Position numbers and translations under genes: made by a program. 64,000 nt of DNA from Felis catus (taxonomy: Eukaryota): positions 131,690,001-131,754,000 of the forward strand of contig NC_058368.1 of NCBI RefSeq assembly GCF_018350175.1, read 5' to 3'. Below, in pieces: positions 1 to 12,699 of this stretch (position 1 is its first letter; every line of letters begins with the position of its first letter). The notes under the pieces are model-generated. The model had not been told where the DNA came from, ran no database searches, and saw nothing but the letters and a program-made list of their open reading frames with translations.

Positions 1-26
1 TGTACTTAGCAGGCCTTTGATTAATG

Positions 27-201
27 CAGGGCTTCTCATAGTGTGGCCTCAGGACCAACAACATCGACATGTCTGGGAACTTCTAAGCAATCCAATTTCT
101 CTGGCCTCACCCCACACAAACTGACTCAGAAATGCTAGAGGTGAGGCTGTACTTGAACACGCTCTCAGATGTTGCTAATGCAGCTAAGGTTTGAGAACCC
201 G
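27..201. mobile_element. MER5A-like hAT-Charlie DNA transposon remnant
   Basis: Ends CAGGGCTTCTCA...TTTGAGAACC and internal 'gcctcaccccacacaaactgactcagaa' resemble the MER5A consensus. Confidence 0.7.
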
Positions 202-305
202 AGTTTGCTGAAGGTCTCCTTTTCTTCTAGAGTAGAAATTTGCAACTACAGTTACATTATGAGCACTTCTCTGGATTCTGAGAATATAGCTTTAAACTTT
301 AAACT

Positions 306-518
306 GAGCCTGGGTGGCTCAGTCGATTAAGCAACAGAATTTGGCTCAGGTCATGATCTCACGGTTCATGGGTTCGAGCCCCGCCTTGGGCTCTGTGCTG
401 ACAGCTCAGAGCCTGGATCCTGCTTCAGATTCTGTGGCTTCCTCTCTCTCTGTCTCTCTGCCCCTTCCCTTCTCTCTCTCTCTCTCTCTCTCTCAAAAAT
501 AAATGAACGTTAAAAAAA
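306..518 (+). mobile_element. Can-SINE (SINEC_Fc type)
   Basis: tRNA-derived head with A box TGGCTCAGTCGA and B box GTTCGAGCC, (CT)n linker, A-rich tail. Confidence 0.95.
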
Positions 519-1580
519 GGGTTAAACTCAAATGCTCAGCTGATTATTTGCAATCTTATTTTTATGTCATTCTGTTTATTAACATATAATCTATATAAGC
601 AATCTTTTATTAGCAAAAGAAATCTGAGCAATAGAGAAGTGGTATCATAGTGCCTTACGTGGCGGCAGTGTCCCTGGCTTTAGTAGTATCCAGGAATTAA
701 GCTTTGAATGACCAAGATTTTAACTTGCTGATGGCTGAATTACCTATTCTCCTTCTCTTTCACTTTCTCCTCTGCTTTCCTCCCTCCCTTTTCCTTTCTC
801 CACTTTTCATTTTCACATCTAAAACTGTCCTTGGTTACAGTTCTCTCAGAGCATATGCACTTTGGAGGAAAGATGCTACAAAAGTCTGAAATGTTCACAA
901 TAAAAATCAAAGGTTTCCCAGCGAGGTCAGGTGAATTCGCCCAGAAAGTGAACCACAAGTGGGGAAACATTCCATTTCCTTCACATTCTTTTGGCAGCCC
1001 ATAATTTCAGAGACAGGATTTCAATCAATGTGGAAAGACACCTTTCCTTGGAGCTGAATCCACTCCAAACCATTCCAAGCAGACTTGCTGCTGCTGAATT
1101 TCAGCATTTACTGCCGGTGTCAGCTTCCCAGGGTGTAGGAAGCTGCTCTGAATTTCTGCCAAGATTGTTTGAGCTTTTGTGTCACCTCAGCCCTAGGTGA
1201 TGATCAGATAAGCTCTGGGCTAGGCAAAGGTGTCACAAATGCTCAAAAAGATGCCCCAAACGAGCGGTCATCCTTAATAGGCAGCCTGTCCTTTGCTTAA
1301 CATCTGAGCGCTTTCTCATCAATTCTAACACTTCTATTCACCTATGAGTGCTCTGTATGTGCACATGTATATATAGCACTCACAAGTGAATGTATGTGTG
1401 CATATCTATCTATCCATAGATAGGCAGAGACAAAAAGAAGGCTGAGTGAGGAGAATTTCAATAGCATAAAAGGTTTTTTTGATTTGCTGTAACGAATGCA
1501 CAAAAGTCAGTCTTGATATAAATCTCATAATACCTGTGCACAATACCTGTATGCTTTTAATACATAGAAAAGAGAATGTG

Positions 1581-1807
1581 GGAGGTGCCTGCGTGGCTCA
1601 GTCGGTTGAGCGTCCGACTTTGGCTCAGGTCATGATCTCATGGTTCGTGTGTTCAGGCCCCGGGTCAGGCTGTGTGCTGACAGCTCGGAGCCTGGAGCCT
1701 GCTTTGGATTCTGTCTCCCTCTCTCCCCGCCCCTCCCCCACTCATGCTCTGTCTCTCTCTGTCCTCAAAAATGAATAAACGTTAAAAAATATTTTTTTTT
1801 AAAAAAA
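1581..1807 (+). mobile_element. Can-SINE (SINEC_Fc type)
   Basis: Head, (CT)n, A tail; target-site duplication (TSD) agagaatgtg/agagaacgtg. Confidence 0.95.
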
Positions 1808-3489
1808 GAGAGAGAACGTGGGAGCAAACATGACACCACAGGATACACATGTACAGTTTTTTCGTAAATACAACATGTAGCAGGCATTTCCTCATGCAGT
1901 GGCAACAATACACATCTATCTGCACTGCATTTTATAATATATAGAAAAATACCCATTAGGTCACTATGCCAATGTCTTAAATGTTTGGAGAAACGGAAGG
2001 ATATATGGGCATTCAGGAAATAGATCTTCCAGGTCTTAAATAGAAATAAGATTTTTTTCTTCCCTATAAATGTCTTCATAGTTTTGGTGATTCTGTTCAA
2101 GGAAATATTAAATTCCTGGTGAACTTGCATTTCAGAAAGCATAGTCAGTATTCAGAGAGATACCAACAGATAAAATTCTTTATCCTTCACAGTCTGCTGT
2201 ACCTTTGTCTTACCCAAATAGGTTGTTTATCGATCATTTGGTGGTTAAAGAAGTAAGAGTCCTAAAACTGATGGGAAAGTGAGTTATCATTTCTTTTTTT
2301 CTAAATATACCGTGATTCATCTCTGAGAGATTCTCCTGAGAAATCAGGCTCACATACAGTATTTGACATTGCTTTCAGCGTCTTAACTATTTGGGGCAAG
2401 TTTAACTATAAAAGAGAGATGTCCTATTTTTAGTCTCAAAATGTTGACATCCAGAATATAGAAATTGCTTTTCACGATGGAAAGGACAAAGAGAGTACTG
2501 TTTTTCTCCACATCCACAAAATATGAATCTTAAGAGAGAGTATTAACCTGTGGAGACTGGGAGAGTGCACTGTTTGATGAATTTGATGTGCTCAGCTAAG
2601 GTACCTGTTTTCTTCCCTGGCTGTGACTTGCCATTCTGGTTCTATCTAAATGTATAGCATGGTGCACCATTCCAAGGAACACTGTCAACTTGGTGAGCGA
2701 TGCTAATTTACAAATAAGTGTGACACATGACAGCCTTTGGGGAGGGGGAGGATAAGCCCAGGCACTTGGATGACACAATTTATGTGAGAGGACTGGAAAG
2801 CCGACACTTGTTTTTGTTCTGGACAGTTTACTGACCATCTAGGCTCAGCAATCAGGAAAAGCAACCCTCGTCTACAAACCAGTTTTATTGATGTGGGCAC
2901 ATTTTTCCCTTACCCATCTCTTCATCTAACTCCTGACTCTGGGCTCCTTCCCAAGGTCCTATATCCCAAGGTAGGATGGAGAAAGGAGAGAGCCCCTTAG
3001 CTCTGCTCTGGGAGGGTGGTGCAACTAGTCCTGGAAAAGCTTAGGTACATAAGAGTTACCAGAGCCAACCAACCATCTTGTGGCCCCTAGCTCCATTCTG
3101 ATTATGTCCTAGCGCTGCCCACATTGGCAATTTCCAGGTCATCTCCTCATGGTCCTTCTCCAGCCTCTTGGAGCAGACTGCCAGTTCCGCTCCAACAGGC
3201 TATTTCTACCCACCCTCTCTTTTGGACTGGACTCTCTTTAAAACCCAGCTCACTAAACTGAATTTGGTTTACTGGTTTATTTCTTCATCTGCTTGTCATC
3301 ATGCTAAAAATTTCAACCCAAAACTTATAAATTCAGCAGCTGGCAATCTTCTCAGAATGCCATTGTATACAGAAACCTATAGAAATCGCTAGCCAAAGAC
3401 CCAACACAGAATAGTTGAGACTTCTTCCTGAGGCAATAAAGTAGGTGAGTAGAGGCAACACAGTGGTCCTATGTAAAGGAAAATAGTAA

Positions 3490-3735
3490 ATAAGAGCTGT
3501 ATTTACTGAGTGCTTCCTCTGTGCTAGGCACTGAGGACCTCACCCAAGCTTAATGTCTTTCATAGATTGTTTCGTTTAATCTTCACCTCAGGTAAGTGTT
3601 ATTAAACCCTATTTTGACTAGGGGAAAACTGAAGCTTAGTAAGCTTCAAGTTACATGTTCACATAGAGCTAGTAAATAGTAGAGGCAGGTTTAGAAAAGA
3701 GGTCAACCTTACTCCAAAGCACTAGCTCTTTCTAA
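3490..3735 (-). mobile_element. MIR SINE
   Basis: 'atttactgagtgct...tgtgctaggcactg' and 'ctattttgactaggggaaaactgaagcttag' match the reverse MIR core. Confidence 0.8.
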
Positions 3736-3793
3736 AAAGCTATGCATCTCCCAACTGAAAGAATGTCTTGAGCAGTTTACATTTAATTCTAAG

Positions 3794-4023
3794 CAGTGGT
3801 TCGCAACTGTAGGCTCTGAGCTCCCCACCACCACCAAAAAAAGAACATTTGGCCCTGTCACGGGACATTTTTGGTTTTCACGGCTGGTGGAGCAGTGTTA
3901 TTGGCATCCAGTGAGTAGGGAGAGGCCAGGGATGCAGTTAAGCATCCTACAGTGCTCACGACAGCCCCAACAACAAAGAATTATCTTGCCTAAAATGTCA
4001 ACAGTGCTGAACAAGAAACCTTG
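3794..4023. mobile_element. MER20 hAT-Charlie DNA transposon
   Basis: CAGTGGTT start, 'gaggccagggatgcagttaagcatcctacagtgctcacgacagcccc', 'aaaatgtcaacagtgctga' match MER20. Confidence 0.88.
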
Positions 4024-4024
4024 A

Positions 4025-4204
<180 letters not shown>

Positions 4205-5691
4205 TAGGCAACTCCTCCTGGAAACCCACCAATGCGAAGACCTGAAAATATCACAGAACCTGAGGACCTCCAGACAGCTGAACCACAATTATTGGTTTTT
4301 GACTATGTTTTCTATGCTTCCTTATTACTTTTATTCGCCTCCCTCTACCCTTTTAAATGATTTTACATGTGAAAGCAGCTGCTGTCAAGGGGGGTAAAAA
4401 AGATTCAAAAAGCAGGCTGTTTTTAAAAGGATTTTTAAAGCTGACATTGTGCATGTCTGCTCCAAACCATACCATGACAGATGCGAGAATTATGGTTTTT
4501 AAATTATTTAAAGGTTTTTTTTAAATGTATCATACAGAGAAAAATTATTTCATGTATAATAGTATATCTTTAGCTCTTGCTGATCTCATGTTAACAATTT
4601 ATCATATATGAAAGTCTTTAAACATAGAAATCTCTCTAAAATTGCAAAACTGTGTTCAAAAATCCAATCTATCAATATTATTAGAGATAATATTATAATC
4701 AAACATATACCACCTCACCTATTGCTTTGTCTGTGCTCATTCACATCTAGTCTTCCATTCTGTCGGAATCCAAGAGCTTCTACATAAAAACATCTTAATT
4801 TATAATGCAACAAAAACCATATATGGAAAGTATTTAAATTTTGTAAATACACAATTATCCTAATACCTTCGTACAATGCATATGGGCAACTAATTTCCTT
4901 TTGATCCAATGGTGTCTTTTTCAGCTTCTTGGAGAATGAAGTAATCCAGTTAGAAAATGGTGTAGTAACATATACAATTACCCTCAAATGTAAAATTGAG
5001 TATTATCACATTTTGTTCTAATTGAAATCTGAAGCATGATGTCTGCACAGCAGCATAGTGTTAAATCTTATAGGGCATGCCGGAATTAGCTCAGATCGTA
5101 AAAATATTTAACATTTTCTGTTAATAAAATCTTTTTAGTTAAGCTAAGCTTGTCTCATATTAGATGACTATGCAGATATGACTTTTCCGATGTGTACTTG
5201 GTGTCTTGTCTTATGCTTAGAATCTTGAAAGCAGGACACATTAAGCAATACTATATTTTAGAAAGGAGGAAGCCACACGCTTCGATTTTCTGCTCACAGT
5301 TTTGTTATGATCTTCCTCACTAAACCTGTAACATGGTACAAAATTTGTTATATTGTCCCCTGTTCTTCCTTGGCCCGTTTCCCAAACAGAATTTTCCATG
5401 GGTTGAGAGATCAGGCCTTTGGACTTTTTTTCTTGCTTTCCAAAATCTAAATGACCCTAAAGAAGGACAAGAAGCAACCAGTGTCTAGTACAATAAAAGG
5501 ATGGGCTAGATGCCTATAAGTGGTTTATTCAAGATGCATTTTTAATCCCAACCCTATACTTTCTCAGTACTTAAGTGCACAGGCATTTATAGGTCCACCA
5601 ATATTTTGACCTAACAACTAAATTTATTAAAGCTGTTAGCTTTACTGAAGATGAAGATAGGTATATATGAAATAGTGGACTGATTATTGTA

Positions 5692-5771
5692 CTAGGTTGA
5701 ACCATATGAAATTGCTGGCAATGGACTGTTTTGACCTATAAAAATAGCAATTTCATATGGTTCAACCAAAT
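5692..5771. mobile_element. MADE2 mariner-derived MITE
   Basis: ~80 bp element with perfect 22 bp inverted repeats GGTTGAACCATATGAAATTGCT (5695-5716) and AGCAATTTCATATGGTTCAACC (5746-5767), TA-rich flanks. Confidence 0.88.
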
Positions 5772-6579
5772 ATCTGATGTTGTGAAAATTATACTTGGAA
5801 TTGTCTTCTAGCATTTGTGATTGAAAGCGAACAGATTAAAGGGTTGGAAGAGATCTCAAAAGGCTACACAGGTGTCTCTTTAGATCATACCAGCTCACTT
5901 GGGGCCTTAATCTTGGAATCCAGAGTTGTGTTCCAATGACCTGGTAATGAATGCACGGTTGTAAGTATGCCTGACGCCATATAAAGAGGTATCTCTGAAA
6001 CCTATATGAGAAAACCACAACTTTCTAAATCAAATATTTATAAAACAGTTATTGGAATATGCTACTTAAAGACCCTTAGAATGAATACCCCCTTGGAAAG
6101 CAGGGAACTACTCCCAGATTTATCTGGTCTGTAAAGCCTGATTTCATAAATCAGGTTTGACTAAAGCTTAATATTGTTTTTGAATATGGTTCATTTCCAT
6201 CCCCCGTGGTTAATTCACTTAAGGTCCATTGTTTCAGAAATTATAAAACAGCCCAACTGGGCATGCTCTCAGCTCCCGTCTCAGCCCTCGCCCACCTTTC
6301 CACTATATTGAACCCTTTGCTTCAATCGTTCCTACTAATTCATGCAAAGTTATCAACTGATAAACCTACCTTGGTGTTCAGCACGTTCCTCTAAATGCTT
6401 GACCTAAATCACTTCTGCTTGGTTAATTTGTGCTCACTCTCGCCTTAGTCTCGGTATGAAAGGAACAGTTACCTTCCATGCCATTGTCCTTTGTACAACT
6501 GAAGACTGTTAATAAATTCAGGTCTCACCTCCAGGTCTGGGAGGGCTATAGTAGCTATTCATGGAGATGGGAATTTGTC

Positions 6580-6770
6580 TAATTCCCTAGGTAGGCTTCC
6601 CATATCTAAGGTAAATAAATTCAGCCACCTTATCTTTTATTCATAGTGCCTGTTTCCCAGACTTTGATTGGTTTTATAGTTCCTGTGGACACACTCCAAG
6701 ATTTATAGATCTTCTTTCACTAGCAGGTCCTAAAATTAAATGTAGTGCTCCAAGTCGTGATGACCTACCC
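6580..6770 (-). mobile_element. L3/CR1 LINE 3' fragment
   Basis: 'tgtggacacactccaag...aaatgtagtgctccaagtcgtgatgacc' resembles the reverse CR1 3' region. Confidence 0.55.
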
Positions 6771-7116
6771 TGGCTCATAGTGGCAATAGACAGCTCACCA
6801 TCTCCCATTAGATATGCCAATGCGTCTCTTTAGGAGCTGACCCCACTCTCCTCTCACCTACCAAAGGACTTTCTCAGGTGTAGTCCATGAGATAGAGGTC
6901 TACTGTCTCGGCTTCTGCTAGTAATTCGCTTTCAGATTAGCAATAACCCTGAGCTGATCTCTAGGGGTAAGGAGAGAACACTGAACCCATTCTGTTGCAT
7001 GGGTACTCACATGCTGAAAACAGAAAAGGATGTCAACTTTTTCTGGCACACCCTCACCCATTTTACCACCATAATTTAAATATCCTGTGTTGATTCATCG
7101 CTGTTGTTGTTTTTGT

Positions 7117-7160
7117 TGTGTGTGTGTGTGCGCACGCGCGTGTGTGTGTGTGTGTGTGTG
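7117..7160. repeat. (TG)n microsatellite with CGCACGCGCG interruption
   Basis: Read directly. Confidence 0.95.
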
Positions 7161-7949
7161 TTCAGATTACAGAGGCAATATATATTCTTTATGGGCAATC
7201 TGAAACACACCACCGAGTATAAAGAAAATAAAAATCACCTGAATCCCACCATAATCATATTGTTTAAAACCACATTTCCAGGCTTTAAAAAGTCAGTGGC
7301 TAGGTTCAAAGGCACTTGTGGATAAGATAGGTGAACAAACGCCCACAAGGCCAAGGTATCACTTTACAATATCTGTCCGCTGATGTTTTGCATGCTTCTA
7401 GAAACAGATTGACTGCAAACTTCTGGTTGTGCCACTGTTGAAGGGTACAAAGAAGACTTTAGAAGTAGCACAGCCCGGATGCCTCCTCTAATGAAAGCTT
7501 TTAGGGAAATTCTAAAATCCTGCCGGATCATTTTGTTCCTGGGTGCTCTTCTAACAGTTGGATGCTTACTGTATGGCAATACTGCCACCTACTGAATTCT
7601 GAGCTTTAGGGTAAGAGGGGAAAACAAATGTGCAGAATATAATTCTGCACATATATATTGTGCAGAATATATTCATTTTAGACAGCAAACAATGGACCAG
7701 GTTAACAATATTCCATATGGAATTCAGATTCTGGAAGTCTCAGAGCTGAAAGGATTAAGGATATCATCCAGACTAACTTCCCACGCCACCTACATGTACC
7801 TAAAAATTGCCTATCATTTCTTTGTGTTCTCGAACGTCACCAAATGCAAAATGCTCAGGTTTCAGGTAACGGTAGATAGGATGAGAAAAAGCAGTGATGC
7901 TATTGGCCCATAATAAATCATTATAATTAAATATAAAGATCAGAAATAA

Positions 7950-8375
7950 ACCCAAGAACAAAGAATAGTTGAGTACATTATAAAGAGATGACCTTTCAAA
8001 TCTGTGAGAAAAGGTGGGATTACTAAATAATTTGGGATGACTGGTTGGCCATTTTGGGGGGAAAATCCTAGATCTATACCTCATAACTTCCATCAAAATA
8101 AATTCTAGGTGAAGTAAAGATTTACATGTTAAAGCACATATACAAGGAGTATGGCAATATTGATAAATATTTCTGTAATTTTACTATGGAGAAAAGCCTT
8201 TCTAAGCATGACACCAAAGGAAGAAACCAAAAAGAAAAAGATAGATGGATTTGACCAATTAAAAATGCAGAACTCCTATACAGTAAAAAATAAACCAAAT
8301 TAAGAGAAAACAAAATTTGAAATATATGCAACAAAGAGTATAGATCTCTAATGTATATCAAGAGCTTAAACCCCA
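7950..8375 (+). mobile_element. Old LINE-1 (L1M) ORF2/3' fragment
   Basis: A-rich; 'aaagcctttctaagcatgacaccaaag...atagatggatttgacc' typical of L1M. Confidence 0.65.
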
Positions 8376-8459
8376 TTACTGATGGGAGGTTTCTATGATC
8401 TACAACCTTCCCAACAGAATGTTCCTATTTCATTCTTTCCTCACTGCACTTTTTAAATT

Positions 8460-8622
8460 ATTGCTTGTTTGTCTGTTTATTTCCACTAAACTGGAAGTTC
8501 AAGAAAGCAGCCACTGTGTCTGTTTTGCTTCCTGTTATATCCTCAATACTTAACACAGTGCTAGACACAAAGCAACTACTGAAAACATATTTATTGTGTG
8601 AGTGAATAATGAATGCATGAAT
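8460..8622 (+). mobile_element. L2 3' end
   Basis: 'acacagtgctagacaca...atatttattgtgtgagtgaataatgaatg' is the L2 terminus. Confidence 0.75.
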
Positions 8623-8629
8623 AGATAAC

Positions 8630-9742
8630 ATTTTATGATCAAAAAGAATCAAACTTTCCAGTAGAAAATTGAGCCAAGGACACAAACTGGCGATGTACCA
8701 TAAACTAAAGTAATGAACTAATAATAAATATGAACATATTTAAAGACACTGGTAATCAAAAATGCAAATATTACAATACACTCCTTTTTTTATGTATCAG
8801 AAAGACAAAAGATATAAAGAATTATAGTTCCTAGGGTCAGTAAGGAAGTATGGAAGCGGACATTCTCTTACAGAGTAAACAAGAGTGTAAACTGATCCGA
8901 TCTTTCTGGAAAATATTTTGGCAACATATTTTTTGTGTACGTCAAATACTTCCACTTTAGGGAGTTCTCCTTTAAAAAAGGTTAAGAAAAAATGAACTCA
9001 AGATACATTCATTCATTATTCAAAAAATACATGCAACAAAGGATGCTTATAGGAGCATGGAAAAAATTGGAGGAATGGAAAAAATTGGAGGAATGAAAAA
9101 AATATAAATAAGCCCACAATATAGGGTTGGTTAAATATGGTATATCCTTTCAAGGGAATACTACTGTGCACCAATTAAGAATAAGCACTAGATGTATATT
9201 TACTGAAATAAACAGCTATAATGTTAAATGAAAAGAGAAAGTTATAGAAGAATACAGTGTGTTCCCATTTTAAGAGTATACATACACATGTGTGCATTAC
9301 AGTGTCTGAAAGGATATTTGCTAAAAGGTTAACAGCATCTATCTCTGGGAGGTGAGATTTGGAGCAATTATATTTTCTTTTTGCATATCGGTAATTTCTG
9401 ATTTTTCCACAATGAGCATGTAGTATCTGTATAATTTTTTCAGGGAATAAACAACAATGTTCACAATATATATTAAATGAAAAACACATGTTATAAAACA
9501 GTATGTATAGTATGACACAATATTTGTAAAAAAGAAAATTATATATAAAAATATCTATGTATGTATATATATGCATAAGAAGCTAGAAAGACATACACTA
9601 AAATGTTAATAGTAGTTATTTATGGGTAGTGGGATTATGGGTGATTATTTTTTCTTTTTGCTTTTCTGTGTTTTCTAATTTTTCTACAATGAATATGTAT
9701 TCCTTGTGTAATAAAAACTAATAATAAAAGTTTTAAAAAAAA
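8630..9742 (+). mobile_element. L1ME-type 3' UTR fragments, ending in two tandem 3' termini
   Basis: Terminal motif 'aaaatgttaa...ttat..tggg..gtg.gatt...ttttctacaatga.catgta' occurs at ~9320-9425 and again at ~9600-9700. Confidence 0.7.
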
Positions 9743-10102
9743 TGAAAAGTGAGAATTTGTGACTCATCACTTCCTCTCACCCTCCCTGCCACCCCCTGGA
9801 CTTATTCCCTGTCATCAAAGTGTGGGCAGTGGGGTTATGGAAAGGAAACACCAGGACACCATAACTTTGGAAGATAAAATAGAGAGCCAGACAAAGGTGG
9901 ATGGGAAGGAAAGAGAGAGGGTGGAAGGGAAGGAGGGATGGAGGAAGGAAGGAAAGAAAGAATTAAGCGAAAGTGAAGTCAATAGAGGAAGGATTAAAGC
10001 AGGCTTTGGAAATATTTTCCCTGACAATAGCAGTAAGTCTCTTTAACTCTGTTTTCCTGATAACTATGACCCCCCCCCAAAAAAATCAGTTTAATAGGTT
10101 TA

Positions 10103-10328
10103 TTTTCTTAAATGTTTTTAATGTTTATTTATTTTTGAGAAAGAGACAGAGAGACAGAGACAGAGTGTGAGCGGGGTTGGAGCAGAGAGAGCAGGAGACA
10201 CAGAACCCAAAGCAGGCTCCAGGCTTCAAGCTGTCAGCACAGAGCCTGACGCGGGGCTCGAATGAGCTGTGAGATCATGACCTGAGCCAAAATCAGACAT
10301 TTAACTGGCTGAGCCACCCAGGCACCCC
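10103..10328 (-). mobile_element. Can-SINE (SINEC_Fc type)
   Basis: Reverse head/tail; TSD ataggtttattt on both sides. Confidence 0.95.
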
Positions 10329-10929
10329 ATATAGGTTTATTTTCCAATAAAAGGAATCATATACGTGTCTGGAGAGACATCTAGGAAATTCAGTTCTCCC
10401 AGGAGTGTATCCCAAGAAGTTTTTCAAGAGGCAAGCTTTTGAGGTCCAGTTGGTTATCAAGGGCTGTGCAAGTACAGCCTGGAACTACACAGGCTATCGT
10501 CTGATTCTCCGATGGGCTCAAGCAATGCGCAACAGTGGCTTGCAGTTCCGATATCCATTCTTTCCTTTTTCCCTTTAGAAACAGAGACCCCAAATTTTAG
10601 CAAGACACTGGCCACCTAAATTTAAGACCCCGTTTACTATGGTTTGGGATGTGGCTATGTAACTGGGTGTTAAAAAAAAAAAAAAAACCAAGTGCATACT
10701 GCCCGTAGCAACCAACATTCACAGCAGCTGAGAGATGGATGCTGTGGCTCAGTAACGCACACCTCGGCAGGTACCACAGCGCCTCCTACAGTTCATGCCT
10801 GGCACTGCCCAGATCCCCTTGCTTCTCACATGGACCTACTCCACCCAGCTGTAGCTTCTTCTGGATTCTGTTATTACTGTTTACTATACAAAAAGAGGGA
10901 CAGTGGGACAAACCACAGCTTTCACTTAA

Positions 10930-11290
10930 TCCATGCTAAATTCCCCCATCTGAGGCACTTCTGAGCTTCCTGGTAAAATGACCCACACCCTTACCCCCAA
11001 GTGATCTGAGACCCTGGTTACCCTGCCCTTGGTACACTTTAGTTGTGATACATGCCCATTTACAGTTAAACCTGGGCGTACCAGAGGTGACCCAGTGGTC
11101 ATGTGAGTGCCGAACATACTCCTCTGTATGAACATACCCCTCATACTGGAGTAACTCTCCCTGCTCATGACGATCAGAGCCGATAACCTCTGTCAGTATG
11201 GTAACTCTTACTCGCCTGCTAGTTTTCTGCCTGTAGGACCCTAAGTTGACCACTTAGCAGTGGTAGCTTAAAGCTTAGTGGGATTCTTAT
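10930..11290 (-). pseudogene. ERV-L dUTPase remnant
   Basis: ORF 10936-11253 segment RVTILTEVIGSDRHEQGELLQYEG..EEY aligns by eye with recalled ERV-L GVTVLAGVIDPDYQDEISLLLHNGGKEEY. Confidence 0.65.
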
Positions 11291-11893
11291 TTTCTTCACT
11301 CTATGACCTAGGACCTCTAGAGACACAGATTCTAGACCCCCAAAGAGAGAGCACTAAGTCCTCAGTGGATTCCTGAAGCCACTCCTACTCTCACCCCTTT
11401 GTTTTTGGACTCATGAATTTAGAACCATCTAATGACCATTGGTTGGTGTAAGGAGTATAATGCATCCCATAGGTTGCATCACCCCAATAATACAAGGCAT
11501 CCTCTCCTTAAAGAGGCCAGGCCACCACTCCAGTGCGATGGCAGCCTCCGCTTGGTGGATCCCACAGTCGTGTTTTCACTGATGCACCTGCTTTGCTAAG
11601 AAGTGGGGCCCTTGGTCTTAGGCAATGTTATGTAAGATCCTGCATTGGTAGGTCAGACACTTTGTCAGTCAGTGGATATTGTTGCTGGCTGAAGCCCTGC
11701 AGACAACATTGGCAAACTACTATCCAGAAAGCAGGTAAATCCCAGTCAGGGTGGATGTAGTCTCAATTTGTCTCCAGCTGGCAGTCTGTTCTCCAGAAGG
11801 AATGGTATTAGATTGAGGGCACAGTGTCAATCTCTGTTACCAAGAGGCTGGACATTGAACGGAAGCTGTAAATAAATTTTGCTGAAAAAAGCT

Positions 11894-12413
11894 TGTATTG
11901 GTTTCTTATTGTTGCCCCTATAACAAACTGCCACAAACTTCGTGGCTTAAAATAACCCACATTTATCATTCACATTTCTGGAGGTCAAAAATCAGTTTTA
12001 CCGGCTTAACGTCATGAGGTCAACAAATCTGTGTTCCTTCTGGAGCCTGTAGGGGAGGATCTATCTCCTTTTCTTTCCCAGCTTCTGGAGGCTTCCTGCA
12101 TTCCTTGGCTTGTGGCTCCTTTTTCTATCTTCCAATCAGCAAAAACGTAGCATAGCCTCAATTCTGTGTGTATGTGACTCCTTTTTTCATCTTCAGGTAT
12201 CCTTCCTATTCTGACTCTTCTGCCTCATCTTAGAGGGAAACGTGCTGGTTTGTTGGGCTTGCCCACATAATCCAGGATAACTGTCCTATTTGAAGATCCT
12301 TAATGCAATCAGAGCTCCAAATTCCTTTTTGCCAAGTAACACATTCATACATTCATAGGTTCCAGGGATTAGGAAGTGAACATCTCTGGGGGACTATTAT
12401 TCTGTCTGCTGCA
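11894..12413 (-). mobile_element. MLT1 (MLT1C/D-like) MaLR solo LTR inserted in the ERV-L
   Basis: TG...CA ends, 'ccacaaacttcgtggcttaaaa', 'ataggttccagggattagga'; degraded 5 bp TSD aagct/aggcc. Confidence 0.85.
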
Positions 12414-12699
12414 AGGCCAGTGCTGTTAGACCCATTTACAGTTTCCATCTCTACCGAGAGCTGCTTTTTGAATGGTCTATCTTTCTCTGCTGCAGATAGC
12501 ATGGCCTTGCTCTTGAACTCCAAGGGTCTGTGCTATGACTCTTTTATTGGAGTTTGCCAGAGTGTCCACAGCATCCTTTTATACCCAGATTCCTCTTCTG
12601 CCAGACGATATGGCACAAATGACAGGGCTACTGATGGTAAAGCCTAAACATGCTGAAGACCCCCTTCTTGCTCTGGGACCAAATTAAAACTAGAGCTCT

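Noticed and set aside
314..502. Recurrent ORF family MAQSV...AQVMIS...SLEPASDSVS (also near 1479, 20264, 49277, 54021, 59130, 60537)
   Set aside because: Incidental translations of Can-SINE bodies, not a gene family
5884..7610. Plus-strand exon-like segments 5884-5960 (donor GTAAGT) and 7558-7610 (donor GTAAGA)
   Set aside because: Each has stops in all three frames. They could only be non-coding exons and show how easily such signals arise by chance
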